Assembly: GCA_963828735.1 (NCBI GenBank)
Contig: CAWHFW010000005.1
Span: 1,792,001-1,856,000 of the forward strand
Direction: 5' to 3'
From: an uncultured Gemmatimonadales bacterium
Lineage (GTDB): Bacteria; Gemmatimonadota; Gemmatimonadetes; Gemmatimonadales; GWC2-71-9
DNA: 64,000 nt
Numbering within the stretch: position 1 is the stretch's first letter; every line of letters starts with the position of its first letter. Below are positions 29,108 to 39,088 of the stretch, in pieces. The notes beneath the pieces are model-generated. The model was not told the origin of the DNA. It was given only the letters and a program-made list of their open reading frames with translations, and ran no database searches. The position numbers and the translations under genes were made by a program.

Positions 29108-30064
29108 CTACGCTCGACCGCCGCGTCGCGCCTCCCGCCAGGCGCCCGGCGCGAGCCCGGTCCCCTTCTTGAACGCCCGGCTGAAGGCCGCTTCCGAGTC
29201 GTACCCCACCTCCGCACCGATCGTCGCGACCTTGGCGCCGGTCTGGGCCAGCAGGTTCGCCGCGACCTGCATGCGCCACTGGGCCAGATACTGCATCGGT
29301 GGCTGGCCGACCAGCTCCCCGAATCGCTTGGCCACGTTCGAGCGCGACGATGCGGCTTCGCGCGCCAGCTCGTCGAGCGACCAGGGGTGACCTGGTCGGG
29401 CGTGGATCAGTCCAAGGACGCGGCCCACGACCTCGTCGCGAAGCCCTGCCAGCCAGCCGGTCTGGCCGGGGCCCATGTCCTCGAGGTACCGCCGGAGCAC
29501 TTCGATGAACATCAGCTCGGCGAGCCGGGTGAGGACGGTGTCGGAGCCTGGCCGTCCGAGGCGGGACTCCTCGGTGACCTGGCGGGTGAACGTGCCGAGC
29601 CAGGTGCCGGACATGCCGCGGACGTGCATGCGGTGCGGCAGCGCCGCGAGGAGCGGATTGAACGGCCGAAGGTCGCAGCCCAGAAAACCGCACACGAACG
29701 ACGCGCCGGTGGGACCGTGATTGCCGAGGTGGACCGTGTCGGGATAGCGCTCCGGAGCGGCGACGTTCACCTCCGGTCCGACGCGAAGGCCGCGCTCGCT
29801 CGACATCACGTGCGCGTCCCCATGGGGGAACACGAGCACGTCGCCCGCGACGACCTCGATCTGCTCCTCGCCGCGCACGCCACCGTAGCAGCGGCCGCCC
29901 GTCAGGATGTGATAGGAGATCAGGTGCTCCGCGGCGGGCAGGATCCTGGGCGAGAGCTCCCGCGCCGCCGCGGTGTCGACACTCCAGGGGTTCACGGCCT
30001 CGACCGCGAAGAAGAACGCGCCGTCGAGGCGGACGACCCGGAGGAGGTCGGAGAGGGGATCCAT
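29108..30064 (-). CDS. AraC-family regulator with N-terminal cupin domain
   Basis: MDPLSDLLRVVRLDGA, FVCG, WSLDELAREA, VGYDSEAAFSRAFKK. Confidence 0.95.
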   Translation of the reverse strand: MDPLSDLLRVVRLDGAFFFAVEAVNPWSVDTAAARELSPRILPAAEHLISYHILTGGRCYGGVRGEEQIEVVAGDVLVFPHGDAHVMSSERGLRVGPEVNVAAPERYPDTVHLGNHGPTGASFVCGFLGCDLRPFNPLLAALPHRMHVRGMSGTWLGTFTRQVTEESRLGRPGSDTVLTRLAELMFIEVLRRYLEDMGPGQTGWLAGLRDEVVGRVLGLIHARPGHPWSLDELAREAASSRSNVAKRFGELVGQPPMQYLAQWRMQVAANLLAQTGAKVATIGAEVGYDSEAAFSRAFKKGTGLAPGAWREARRGGRA

Positions 30065-30248
30065 GGCGGAGAATACTACAGGCGGCGCTCCGCCTCCGCG
30101 ATCAGGGCGTCACCAGATCCGCACGCGGACCGCAACGGTCGAGCTTCGGTGAGCGGTGATGGTTCGGGCTGCATGGGCCTCAGAGGAAGGAAGGGGAGTG
30201 GTCCGCCAGGCTCGGCCGGTACTCCCCCTGGTGCGACGGATCCAGGTG

Positions 30249-30731
30249 CTACTGGTTGGCCGTCTTCCGCGGATCGTCGGCGGGGTTCACGTAGGTCATG
30301 GCGAACGGGCCCATCGCGGTCACCTGCACGGTGGTCTCGCCGCGGGTCACCGCGTAGTGATGATGCTCCGCCGGCACTTTGCCGCTGTCGCCGGCCTTCA
30401 TGGCATTGGTCTTCGACACGTCCAGCGTGTCGCCCATCCCCACGAGGAAGGTTCCCTCCTTGACCGTCACGGCTTCATCCGTGGGATGGAAATGCGGCGG
30501 GATCTTGTAGCCGTCGGGGAACGACAGCGCGACGGTGAACATCTCGGCCTTCCCCGGGTCGCCCTTGACGACGGCCATCTTCGCGCCCGCGGGGAAGGCC
30601 GGGGGCGCGGCACCCCAGGTCAGCTTGGACGTGTCGTGGGTCTTGGATGTGTCGTACGTGTTGTAGCCGGCCTGGCCGTGAAGCGCGGCGGCCCACAGCA
30701 GGAGGCAGGCGGACAGAGAAAGCGCACGCAT
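30249..30731 (-). CDS. Secreted cupin-domain protein
   Basis: Signal peptide; GDP, IPPHFHPTDEAVTV, HHHYA. Confidence 0.85.
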   Translation of the reverse strand: MRALSLSACLLLWAAALHGQAGYNTYDTSKTHDTSKLTWGAAPPAFPAGAKMAVVKGDPGKAEMFTVALSFPDGYKIPPHFHPTDEAVTVKEGTFLVGMGDTLDVSKTNAMKAGDSGKVPAEHHHYAVTRGETTVQVTAMGPFAMTYVNPADDPRKTANQ

Positions 30732-30790
30732 GTTGGATCTCCAGAAAGGGTCCCAGCTCTTGTATCGCCGCCGGCGGACGCCGCACGACG

Positions 30791-31624
30791 TCACGCCCGA
30801 GTCGCCACCACCTCGAGGTATTCGGATTCGATCCGGGTGGCGTCGGGGCCGACGGTATTGTGCTCGGTCCAGAGCCGCACGAGATCGGCGAAGTACGCGC
30901 GCTGGCGCTCGTCATCCAGCGCGGCGAAGGCGCGCACGGTCGGACCATACCACGTCCGGAACAGCTCCACGGTCTGCTCGGGCCCGAACGGATAGGCCAG
31001 GACCATGGCGCGCCGGGTGAGCTGCAGGTCGCTCACGCCGGCGCCGAAGCGCTCCTTCACCACTCCCGGGTCGCCCCAGAGCAGCACCGACGGCATGCCG
31101 GGCGCCGGCGGGACGTAGCCGACGGTCAGCTTCAGCATCCGGCCGACGAAGCCCTCGGGCGTCCAGTTCGCCATCGCGATCCGTCCGCCGGGCCGCGTCA
31201 CCCGCAGCAATTCGCCGCCGGCGCGTTCCGGGTGGGCCGCGAACATCGCGCCGAACATCGTCACCACCGTGTCGAACGTCGCGTCGCCGAACGGCAGCGC
31301 CTCCGCGTCGCCCACGCGCGCGTCGATCGCGAGGCCTTCGGCGGCGGCGCGCGAGGCGAGCTGTGCGACGAGCTCCGGCGCGATGTCGAGACCCGTCGTC
31401 CGCGCGCCCGCGCGCGCGGTGGGCAGCGTCAGATTGCCGGTCCCGCAGGCCACGTCGAGCACCCGCTGGCCGGGCCGCAGGTCGAGCCGCGCGATGAACT
31501 CCGCCGCTCCCGACTCGAAGCCGACCGCGATCCGGCCGAAATCACCCGCCGTCCAGGTGGCGCGCACCCGCTCGCGCAACGCGTCGGCCGGCTGCGGGTC
31601 CGCCTGCTGCTGTGTCGCCGTCAT
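30791..31624 (-). CDS. Class I SAM-dependent methyltransferase (paralog of 27994-28857)
   Basis: WTAGDF, VLDVACGTG, GDAEALPF, MANWTPEGF. Confidence 0.93.
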   Translation of the reverse strand: MTATQQQADPQPADALRERVRATWTAGDFGRIAVGFESGAAEFIARLDLRPGQRVLDVACGTGNLTLPTARAGARTTGLDIAPELVAQLASRAAAEGLAIDARVGDAEALPFGDATFDTVVTMFGAMFAAHPERAGGELLRVTRPGGRIAMANWTPEGFVGRMLKLTVGYVPPAPGMPSVLLWGDPGVVKERFGAGVSDLQLTRRAMVLAYPFGPEQTVELFRTWYGPTVRAFAALDDERQRAYFADLVRLWTEHNTVGPDATRIESEYLEVVATRA

Positions 31625-31761
31625 CTCCGCTCTCCCTTCGCTCCGCTGTGCGGGCAACCTGCAGACGGCGCCCGATCGCCACGTGGCGACCGCATGACGG
31701 TACCGGTTGCCGAAACGGACAACAAGTACGAGATTCGAACCGACCTCGACCCGAGTCTCTG

Positions 31762-32493
31762 ATGACAGATTGTCCCACACGGAGTTACGGTTCCTTCTGC
31801 CCCGTCGCCCAGGCCTCCGAAGTCGTGGCGCAGCGCTGGGTTCCGCTTATTCTGCGCGAGATCATGGTGGGCTACCACCGGTTCAACGAGATCCGCCACG
31901 CTCTGCCGCTCATCTCGCCTTCCGTGCTGTCGCAGCGGCTCAAGTCGCTGGAGGTGGACGGCGTGATCCACCGGCGCGAGGAGCCCGATGGGGTCACCTA
32001 CCACCTGACGCCCGCGGGCGAGGAGCTCCGGCCGATCGTGGACGCGCTCGGCCAGTGGGCGAGGAAGTGGGTCACGCGCGATTATCACTCGTACGAGCTG
32101 GATCCGGGCGTGCTCATGTGGTCGCTCCGGCGGCACGTCGTGACCGAGCAGTTCCCGCCCGGCCGGACCGTGGTGCACATCGAGCTCGAGGGCGAGCCCC
32201 GGCTCCGGCGTTACTGGTGGATCGTGGTGCAGCGCGGCGACGAGGAGGACGTGGACGTCTGCATGACGGACCCTGGCCACCCGGTGTCCATCACCGTGCG
32301 CGCGAAGCTCAGGACGCTGGTGGACGTGCTGATGGGCAATGAGAGGCTGGCGGACATGTTGCGCCGGGGGATGATGGTGCTGGAAGGCGACCGCGAGCTG
32401 GCGCGGAGGTTCGAGACGCTGTTCGAGTTCGAGGCGGGGGCGCACTCCTATGCGGGGGGCGGGGTGGAGGACGTGCAGCTCGCGGTCGGCTAG
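31762..32493 (+). CDS. HxlR-family winged-helix regulator with C-terminal SCP2-like domain
   Basis: SYGSFCPVAQASEVV..RW, LSQRLKSLE, YHLTPAGEEL, DVCMTDPG. Confidence 0.9.
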   Translation: MTDCPTRSYGSFCPVAQASEVVAQRWVPLILREIMVGYHRFNEIRHALPLISPSVLSQRLKSLEVDGVIHRREEPDGVTYHLTPAGEELRPIVDALGQWARKWVTRDYHSYELDPGVLMWSLRRHVVTEQFPPGRTVVHIELEGEPRLRRYWWIVVQRGDEEDVDVCMTDPGHPVSITVRAKLRTLVDVLMGNERLADMLRRGMMVLEGDRELARRFETLFEFEAGAHSYAGGGVEDVQLAVG

Positions 32494-33263
32494 CTGGGAC
32501 GAGTCATCGCCGGGACCACGCGCCGCCGACTCAACCCCAGCGTGGCACCGACCGCCGCAGTGACGATGAGCGGTGAGGTGACGCGCGGGTCCCAGTGTGA
32601 GCCCCCATTGGGAAACAGCTGCCAGCAGAAATTGCCGATGGCGTGGTACAGCGCGACAGCGAACACGCTCTTCCCCGCGCTGTCGTAGATCCAGACCATC
32701 AGGACCCGTGTTCCCACCGTGCCGAGGCACCACCAGGCGATCCAGCTCCCAGAACGATGCGCCTGCGTGAGCGGCAGAACGTGCCACGCCGCCCAGACCG
32801 CGCCCAGCACGACGCCCGCGCCGAGAGCGCCCAACCGCCGCTGCAGGGGCTCGAGGGCGTAGCCGGTCCAGCCCAGCTCCTCGCCGATCCCCATCACCAA
32901 GAACGGAACGAACATGATGGCCGCCGCCCCGAGCGAAATCCGGGGCGCAGGCATCGGCACCTGCATCAGGCGCATCAGCCAATACGAGAGGGCCGTCAGG
33001 CAGGGCATCAGCAACACGATGACCGCGTACCAGCCGCCCGGCTGGATCCGCTTCCCATCGAAGGCCCGGCGCAGCAGCGCCACCACAGCCGGCGACCCGC
33101 GCTCCCGGTAGACCAGGAGCGAGGCCGCGAGGGAGGGGCAGATGGCCTGGAGCGCGCTGACCGGCAGACCTGGCAACAGCTCCAACGGTCGGACCGCTCC
33201 CAGGTACCAGAACGGGAGGGCGAGGGTGAACACCAGGACATAGAACGCGACCGGTCCCGTCAT
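32490..33263 (-). CDS. CPBP/CAAX intramembrane protease family
   Basis: GEELGWTGY, WAAWH, YHAIGN. Confidence 0.9.
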   Translation of the reverse strand: MTGPVAFYVLVFTLALPFWYLGAVRPLELLPGLPVSALQAICPSLAASLLVYRERGSPAVVALLRRAFDGKRIQPGGWYAVIVLLMPCLTALSYWLMRLMQVPMPAPRISLGAAAIMFVPFLVMGIGEELGWTGYALEPLQRRLGALGAGVVLGAVWAAWHVLPLTQAHRSGSWIAWWCLGTVGTRVLMVWIYDSAGKSVFAVALYHAIGNFCWQLFPNGGSHWDPRVTSPLIVTAAVGATLGLSRRRVVPAMTRPS

Positions 33264-33988
33264 GGCGGCCCTTCCGCCAGGTCCACAACCAGCGCCGAGT
33301 GATCCGACAGGCGGCGCTCGCGCACCGCATGATCGTATCGGCAGGCGCGCATCCGCTCGGCGAGTCCGGCGCTCGCGAACGCGTGGTCGATGCGGAACCC
33401 GCGGCCCCGGCCGCCTCCGGGGAGATAGCTGAACCACGTGTGCTCCCGCCGCTCTCCATGCTGGCAGCGCCAGAGATCGACCAGGCCCGCGCCGGAGAGC
33501 GCCGCGAAGGCCGGTCCCGCCTTGAATCGGTAGCCGTCGGCATCGACGCCGGACGCACCGGCGTTGTAGTCACCCAGCATGAGAAACGGTCCTGCCATCC
33601 GGCGGCCAAGCCAGGCGGCGGCGGCGTTCCAGAAGGCGGGCACCTCGGGGCCCGCGGGCGGGCCGTAGACCGCCCCGAGCCGAAAGCCCGCGACCTCGAT
33701 CTCCAGCCACCCGCGAGGGTAGATCGCCGCATGAGGCGGGCGCGGCCCGCACCGCCGGCGGATGGGTCGGCGCGAGAGCACGCACATGCCGCGCTCCGTC
33801 GGGCCCCGCGGCGCGCTGGCGCAGAATTCGTAGCCCGCGCTTCTCAGCACGTGACACAGGTCGGGCCCGCGCGCCGGCAGCGTCTCCTGCAGCACGAGCA
33901 CGTCCGCCTCGTAGCGCCGGAGTGTGTCGACCAGCGCCGCGCATCGGCCGCCGCCGCCGGCCATGATGTTCCACGAGACCAGGCGCAT
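33260..33988 (-). CDS. Endonuclease/exonuclease/phosphatase (ExoIII-like) protein
   Basis: VSWNI, LQE, GDYN, RIDH, SDH. Confidence 0.9.
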   Translation of the reverse strand: MRLVSWNIMAGGGGRCAALVDTLRRYEADVLVLQETLPARGPDLCHVLRSAGYEFCASAPRGPTERGMCVLSRRPIRRRCGPRPPHAAIYPRGWLEIEVAGFRLGAVYGPPAGPEVPAFWNAAAAWLGRRMAGPFLMLGDYNAGASGVDADGYRFKAGPAFAALSGAGLVDLWRCQHGERREHTWFSYLPGGGRGRGFRIDHAFASAGLAERMRACRYDHAVRERRLSDHSALVVDLAEGPP

Positions 33989-34506
33989 CAGACGCCGGTG
34001 GCACGTCCGCGCGCCGCGCGCTTGAGCAAACCGATCTGTCCCGCGTGATACAGCGTGTGCTGCAGGACGCCGTGCAGCAGGACGTATTTCGTGTACGTCT
34101 GCCCGGACACCGGTCCATCCAGATCGTCCTCATCGAGCCGGCGCACGGCCGCGAGCAGGCGGTCGTGACTCGCCTGCAGGGCCGCGAGGGCCTCGGCCCA
34201 TGCCGCCGCCGTCGGCCGTGGGGCCGGCGGCCAGTCCTCGTCGTGCAGCGGCTCGACGGGCTCGCCGCCGAGCCGGCGCCCGGCGGCATCGAGCCAGTAG
34301 GTGACGTGGGTGACGAGCTCCCAGATGCTGTGGGCTCCAGCCACGGGATGCGCCGCGGCGAGCGTGGCGTCGACGTCGTTCAGCACCGCGCGCACGGGTG
34401 CGCCGAGCCACGCGTCGCCGTCATAGGCGCGCTCGAGCTGGTCGAGGAGCCGGGTGATCTCTCGCGAGCCGGCCGTGGCGCGGCTCGCCGCCTGCTTCGC
34501 TGGCAT
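33988..34506 (-). CDS. DinB-family protein
   Basis: HSIWELVTHV, QHTLYHAGQI. Confidence 0.9.
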   Translation of the reverse strand: MPAKQAASRATAGSREITRLLDQLERAYDGDAWLGAPVRAVLNDVDATLAAAHPVAGAHSIWELVTHVTYWLDAAGRRLGGEPVEPLHDEDWPPAPRPTAAAWAEALAALQASHDRLLAAVRRLDEDDLDGPVSGQTYTKYVLLHGVLQHTLYHAGQIGLLKRAARGRATGV

Positions 34507-34743
34507 ATGGTCCCCCTCGTTGCGTATGAATGGCCCCGGCGCCGTGCCCGTTCAAGCGGAGAGCTCGAGCCAGAAGGTGCCGAAAGGCCAATCCGTCTCA
34601 CCGTACTCCTGGCCGACTCTCACTTAAGTCGGTGCCGCGACCTGTCGAATGGCGGATGTTTCGACGTTGGTCGCGATCGATATTCTCCGCACGAGCCGAG
34701 GAACAGCCTCGGCTTTGCTATTTCCCTTGACGCGGAGCAGGCC

Positions 34744-35106
34744 ATGTTGACCCGCACGACCAGATTCAGACTCGCGATGCTCACCGGCGTCCTGATGGCC
34801 TACGGCTGCGGCTCCAGCGGGAGCGACATCACCGCACCGCCCGCGTCGGGGGGCAGCACGGTTTCGGCGACCCCCTCGCTGACGTTCACCCCGGCGTCCA
34901 TCACCGTGCACACCGGCGACGCGGTCACGTTCGCGTTCGGCTCGGTGGGGCACAACGTCTTCTTCGCGGCGCAGGCCGGTGCCCCGACCGACATCGACGG
35001 CACCAACGCGAACGTCTCCGTTCCGCGGACGTTCGCGACGGCCGGGACCTTTCAGTACACGTGTCACATCCATCCGTCCATGCACGGCACGGTGGTCGTG
35101 CAATGA
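34744..35106 (+). CDS. Plastocyanin/azurin-like cupredoxin lipoprotein
   Basis: Lipobox-like AYGC; FTPASITV, GHNV, YTCHIHPSMHGTVVV. Confidence 0.88.
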   Translation: MLTRTTRFRLAMLTGVLMAYGCGSSGSDITAPPASGGSTVSATPSLTFTPASITVHTGDAVTFAFGSVGHNVFFAAQAGAPTDIDGTNANVSVPRTFATAGTFQYTCHIHPSMHGTVVVQ

Positions 35107-35321
35107 CGGTTAGCAGCTCCCCGGCGTGCGCCCGGCCACGAGATGCAGACGGCCACGGCGCCGGCGAGGACGTCGGTGAAGCGCGAGCGGCGGAGGGTCT
35201 GTTCGCCGCCGGCTTCACGGTCGCTACCTCGGGATGGCAGGAGCTTCATCATGATGCGGCCGATCGAGGAGAACCGGGCGGGTCGTGATGGTCGTGAACT
35301 GGATCGCGGGTCGTGCGGCGT

Positions 35322-35718
35322 CTATCGGCTCCGCGGGATCGGCTGCAGCATGCTCACCCGGTTGCCCTCCGGGTCCACGAATGACACGTATTGTCCGACG
35401 CCCGGAATGTCCCACGGCTCGCCGAGGACCTTGCCTCCCGCGGAGGTGACCTTGGCGGTCGATCGCTTGAGGTTGTCCACCGCGATCACGACCGACGGGT
35501 ACTGCATTGGAAAGTCGGGCTTCTTGCCGTAGAAGCCCGCCGTTGATGGCGCCGGGCTTGGTGGGCCCGGCATCGGTGCTCTCGGTCGTGACGGCAAGGA
35601 CGTAGTTGCCCATGTCCTCGCCCAGCATCTGGGTTTGCCAGCCGAACGCCGACTGATAGAACTTGGCCATCCGCTCGCGATTCTCGTACGGCATCTCGAA
35701 GTGCACGACGCTATCCAT
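35322..35718 (-). pseudogene. VOC/glyoxalase family protein with a +1 frameshift at about 35537
   Basis: MDSVVHFE..GAINGG, then FYGKKPD..DPEGNRVSMLQP in the next frame; DNA reads AAC GGC GGG C TTC, one G more than GGC GGC TTC. Confidence 0.85.
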
Positions 35719-35947
35719 CGGTCCATCCTCCCTGTCGCGTTACCATGCCTCCCCGAGCGACACCCGCCCGGACGCACGCCATCCGTGGAAATCGTACCCT
35801 GGGTCCTCGATGTCAGCAATCGCCGCCGTTTTCGCTCTTACCTGGGTCGGCTCCTGTCGTGCTCACACGCTCCCGCGCGGCCACGGCCGGCGGACGTGCC
35901 CTCCGTCGGTTGCACCTCCGCTTCGTTTACGCCGTTGTACAGCACAA

Positions 35948-35976
35948 CCCCCGCGCACCGGGCGGGTGCGCGGGGG
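35948..35976 (-). terminator. Probable intrinsic terminator hairpin
   Basis: Perfect 12-bp stem CCCCCGCGCACC/GGTGCGCGGGGG followed on the minus strand by TTGTGCTGT; downstream of the Cache gene. Confidence 0.5.
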
Positions 35977-36075
35977 CTGGAGAGAGCCCCGGCGTCCGGC
36001 GTCCGTCGGCTACGGCTTCCACGACGGCTCCGGCCAACCGGTGCCGTCGTGCGGTCAGCCCGCGACGATCGATCG

Positions 36076-36468
36076 CTACTTCGGAACGCCAACGAACAAG
36101 GCGCCCGTCAATCGGCCATCGTCGCTGGTGAGCGGTGCGTAGTCGGCGTCGTACTTCCGACCGAACACCTCGGCCTCCCCGACGTACGAGTGCTTCTTGA
36201 CCAGGGCCTTGTAGGCCGGCGAGGCATGATCGAGTTTGGTGTCGACCGCGGACTTTCCATCCTCCGTGACCAGCGTGGTCCGAGTCCGGGTGAAATCCTT
36301 GCCATCATAGGAAAGGATGCTGGCCTCCATACTCCCCGGGCCCTGGACCGCCTCCCGGGAACGGCTCCCTACGACGGTCCACGCCATCAGGGCGACCGAG
36401 ACGGTCAACACCAGAGCGACAACGATCCCCTGTCCAATACGAGCCGGTATCCGCTGACGTGCACGCAT
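36076..36468 (-). CDS. Stand-alone Cache (Cache_3/Cache_2-like) domain protein with N-terminal TM
   Basis: DFTRTRTTL..DGKSAVDTKLD..PAYKAL..YVGEAEVFGRKYDADYAPL..GALFVG. Confidence 0.8.
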   Translation of the reverse strand: MRARQRIPARIGQGIVVALVLTVSVALMAWTVVGSRSREAVQGPGSMEASILSYDGKDFTRTRTTLVTEDGKSAVDTKLDHASPAYKALVKKHSYVGEAEVFGRKYDADYAPLTSDDGRLTGALFVGVPK

Positions 36469-36775
36469 GGCTTACCCCCCTGTGTGAAGGACGGCTGCTT
36501 GGTGCCACTGCGAGGAACCGATCGGTAATACTGAAGGTGCGGTCGGCGGTGATCGCCGGCGGTGATGGGCGGGTGGGGGATCGAGCGTGGCCAAGGCCGG
36601 CCCTGACCAACTCAGGGCGGCGGCCGGCACAGCAGATAGAGGGGACGCCTGAATGGCGGCCTCCCTCATCCTGGAGGAGCTTCGACTTCGACGGCACCCA
36701 CGTGGAGCGACCCTAACCTGAAGCCCGGTACAACGGGGGTCAAGTCGGCACACACGGTGGTGCCGGCGAGCGAGC

Positions 36776-37912
36776 CTACCGCTTCAAGGCGCCCCGCCCT
36801 TCGAGGATCCGGACGACCTCCGCGACCGGCAGTGCCTCGACCGTCCCGTCCCTCGCGGTCACGGTCGTTGCCGTGAACAGGGAATTGTAGATCGCCTCCT
36901 CGGTCGCCTCGGCGACGCCCTGGAAGAGACCGGTCATCTCGTCGTTCCCGATCTCGGTCGTCGCGAGGCGCGCAGCGCCGTATCGGCGTCGGACGTCCGG
37001 ATGCGTCGAGAAGGCGATCACGTAGTCGCCCGAGCCGTTGCCCATCGCCGAGCCGGTGCGGCCGAGGCCGACGAGCGCGCGGGCGGCGAGGCGGTGGAGG
37101 TTCCGATCGGAGAGCGGCGCGTCCGTCGCCACGACCATCATGATGGATCCCTTGGCGCCCTGGGTGTCCTCGGCGCGACGCACGCCTTCGCGGCCGAGCG
37201 CGCGCCCGACCGGTACACCGAGGACGAGCAGGTCGCCGCCGAAGTTCGACTGCACGAGCACACCAACGGTCCAGGTGCTGTCGGCTGCGGCGACGCGGCG
37301 AGACGACGTGCCGATCCCGCCCTTCCAGCCGAACGCCACCGTTCCGGTCCCCGCGCCGACGCTCCCTTCCTCGACCGCGCCGCTGCGCGCGCCCTCGAGC
37401 GCCGCCCGCACGTCACGCTCGGTGATGGGCCGGCTCCGGATGGCGTTGAGCACATAGCCGTCGTTGGTCTCGCCGACCACCGGATTGATCGACCGTACGT
37501 CGGCCATGCCGGGTTGCGCCAGGAGCCACCCGACCATCGCATCGGCCGCCTTCCACACGCAGAGGGTGCAGGTGAGCAGGATCGGCGTCTCGAGCTCGCC
37601 CAGCTCCGCGACCTGGGTCACGCCGAGCAGCTTGCCGAATCCGTTGCCGACATGGATGGCCGCGGGGACGCGATCGAGGAAGATGTTGCCGGGATGGGGC
37701 AGGATGGCGGTGACGCCGGTCCGGACGGAGTCGCCCAGGCGGACGGTGGTCTGGCCGACCCGCACACCGGCGACATCGGTGATCGCGTTCAGCGGTCCCG
37801 GTGGGAGCGTGCCGGGGACGATGCCGAGATCGCGGGCCCGCGCGGCGTGCTGGGCGTTCGCCGACGCGGGCACGAGCAGGGAAAGCAGGAGGAACACCGT
37901 ATCGCGGCGCAT
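36776..37912 (-). CDS. DmpA/S58 (P1) family aminopeptidase
   Basis: NAITDVAGVRVG, TGVTAI, PVVGETND, EEGSVGAGTG, GNGSGD autoprocessing site. Confidence 0.93.
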   Translation of the reverse strand: MRRDTVFLLLSLLVPASANAQHAARARDLGIVPGTLPPGPLNAITDVAGVRVGQTTVRLGDSVRTGVTAILPHPGNIFLDRVPAAIHVGNGFGKLLGVTQVAELGELETPILLTCTLCVWKAADAMVGWLLAQPGMADVRSINPVVGETNDGYVLNAIRSRPITERDVRAALEGARSGAVEEGSVGAGTGTVAFGWKGGIGTSSRRVAAADSTWTVGVLVQSNFGGDLLVLGVPVGRALGREGVRRAEDTQGAKGSIMMVVATDAPLSDRNLHRLAARALVGLGRTGSAMGNGSGDYVIAFSTHPDVRRRYGAARLATTEIGNDEMTGLFQGVAEATEEAIYNSLFTATTVTARDGTVEALPVAEVVRILEGRGALKR

Positions 37913-38085
37913 GGGGTCCGTATGGAAGAGGGAAGAAGCTATGATCCCGGCAACGGATCGAACAAGCCCTTGCCATCGCGGGCCAGTGCCGCAGCTTCGA
38001 TGGAGATCGCTAAGGGAATCGGGTCGTGGCGCCTCATGAGGATTGCCGCCGCCCGCATCCGGTCGACTCGGCGGAGGAAGGTACC

Positions 38086-39051
38086 ATGGCGCTCTTGGAC
38101 ACCAGCACCGGCTCTCCGGCGTGGCCCGCGCTGCCGTACGAGGAGTGGAAAGACACGCTGGCCACGCTTCACCTGTGGACCCAGGTCGTCGGGAAGGTTC
38201 GCCTGGTTCAGACGCCGTGGGTCAATCACTCGTGGCACGTCGCGCTCTATGTCACGGCGCGCGGCCTCACGACGTCGCCGATTCCCTACGGTCAGCGCAC
38301 GTTCGAGATCGCGTTCGACTTCCTCGATCACGAGCTCCGGATCCAGGCCAGCGATGGCGCGGTCGCGTCCGTCCAGCTCGCCCCTCGCACGGTGGCCGAC
38401 TTCTACCAGGACGTGATGGGCCGCCTCCAGTCGCTCGGACTCGACGTCAGGATCCGCACGATGCCGTGCGAGATCCCCGACTGCATCCCGTTCGACCTGG
38501 ACCGACTCCATCGGACCTACGACGCGGCTCAGGCCACGCGATTCTGGCGAGTGCTTGCGCAGGCCGACCGGGTGCTCAAGGCGTTTCGCGCTCGGTTCCT
38601 GGGGAAGTCCAGTCCGGTGCACTTCTTCTGGGGCGGCTTCGACCTGGCCGTGACGAGGTTCTCCGGCCGGCGCGCCCCACCGCATCCGGGCGGAGTTCCG
38701 AACTTGCCCGATTGGGTGGCACGTGAGGCGTACTCCCACGAAGTGAGCAGCTGTGGGTTCTGGCCTGGTGGCGAGATGGCGCCCGCGGCCGTGTTCTACG
38801 CCTACGCCTATCCCGAGCCCGAAGGCTTCAAGGCGGCCGCGGTGCGGCCGGAGGCCGCGCGATACAGCGCTGAGTTGGGCGAGTTCATCCTTCCCTATGA
38901 CGAGGTGCGTCGTGCGGCCTCGCCGGACGCCACGCTCCTGGACTTCCTTCAGACGACGTACGAAGCGGCCGCAGACCGCGCCGGCTGGGATCGCGCAGGG
39001 TTGGAGCGCGGATCGGAGCCGACGGCCGGGTCGATACCCGGGGGCTCCTGA
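38086..39051 (+). CDS. DUF5996-like protein
   Basis: TLHLWTQVVGKVRL, NHSWHV, SPVHFFWGGFDLAVTRFSGR, AYSHEVSSCGFWPG. Confidence 0.8.
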   Translation: MALLDTSTGSPAWPALPYEEWKDTLATLHLWTQVVGKVRLVQTPWVNHSWHVALYVTARGLTTSPIPYGQRTFEIAFDFLDHELRIQASDGAVASVQLAPRTVADFYQDVMGRLQSLGLDVRIRTMPCEIPDCIPFDLDRLHRTYDAAQATRFWRVLAQADRVLKAFRARFLGKSSPVHFFWGGFDLAVTRFSGRRAPPHPGGVPNLPDWVAREAYSHEVSSCGFWPGGEMAPAAVFYAYAYPEPEGFKAAAVRPEAARYSAELGEFILPYDEVRRAASPDATLLDFLQTTYEAAADRAGWDRAGLERGSEPTAGSIPGGS

Positions 39052-39088
39052 GGGGAGGTCCCGCCGTCATTCCCGCAGAAATCGACGC

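Noticed and set aside
33260..33988. Nuclease as part of a defence system
   Set aside because: Ordinary EEP-family motifs; neighbours (DinB, CPBP) show no defence-island context
34636..34675. Imperfect hairpin as riboswitch or ncRNA
   Set aside because: No recognisable aptamer motif; such stems arise easily at high GC
34698..34730. Copy of the GGAAT-N16-GAGTC promoter before the plastocyanin-like gene
   Set aside because: GGAAC is present but the -10 position reads TTTCC
36472..36753. Small ORFs upstream of the Cache gene
   Set aside because: Low-complexity translations without a clear RBS or motifs
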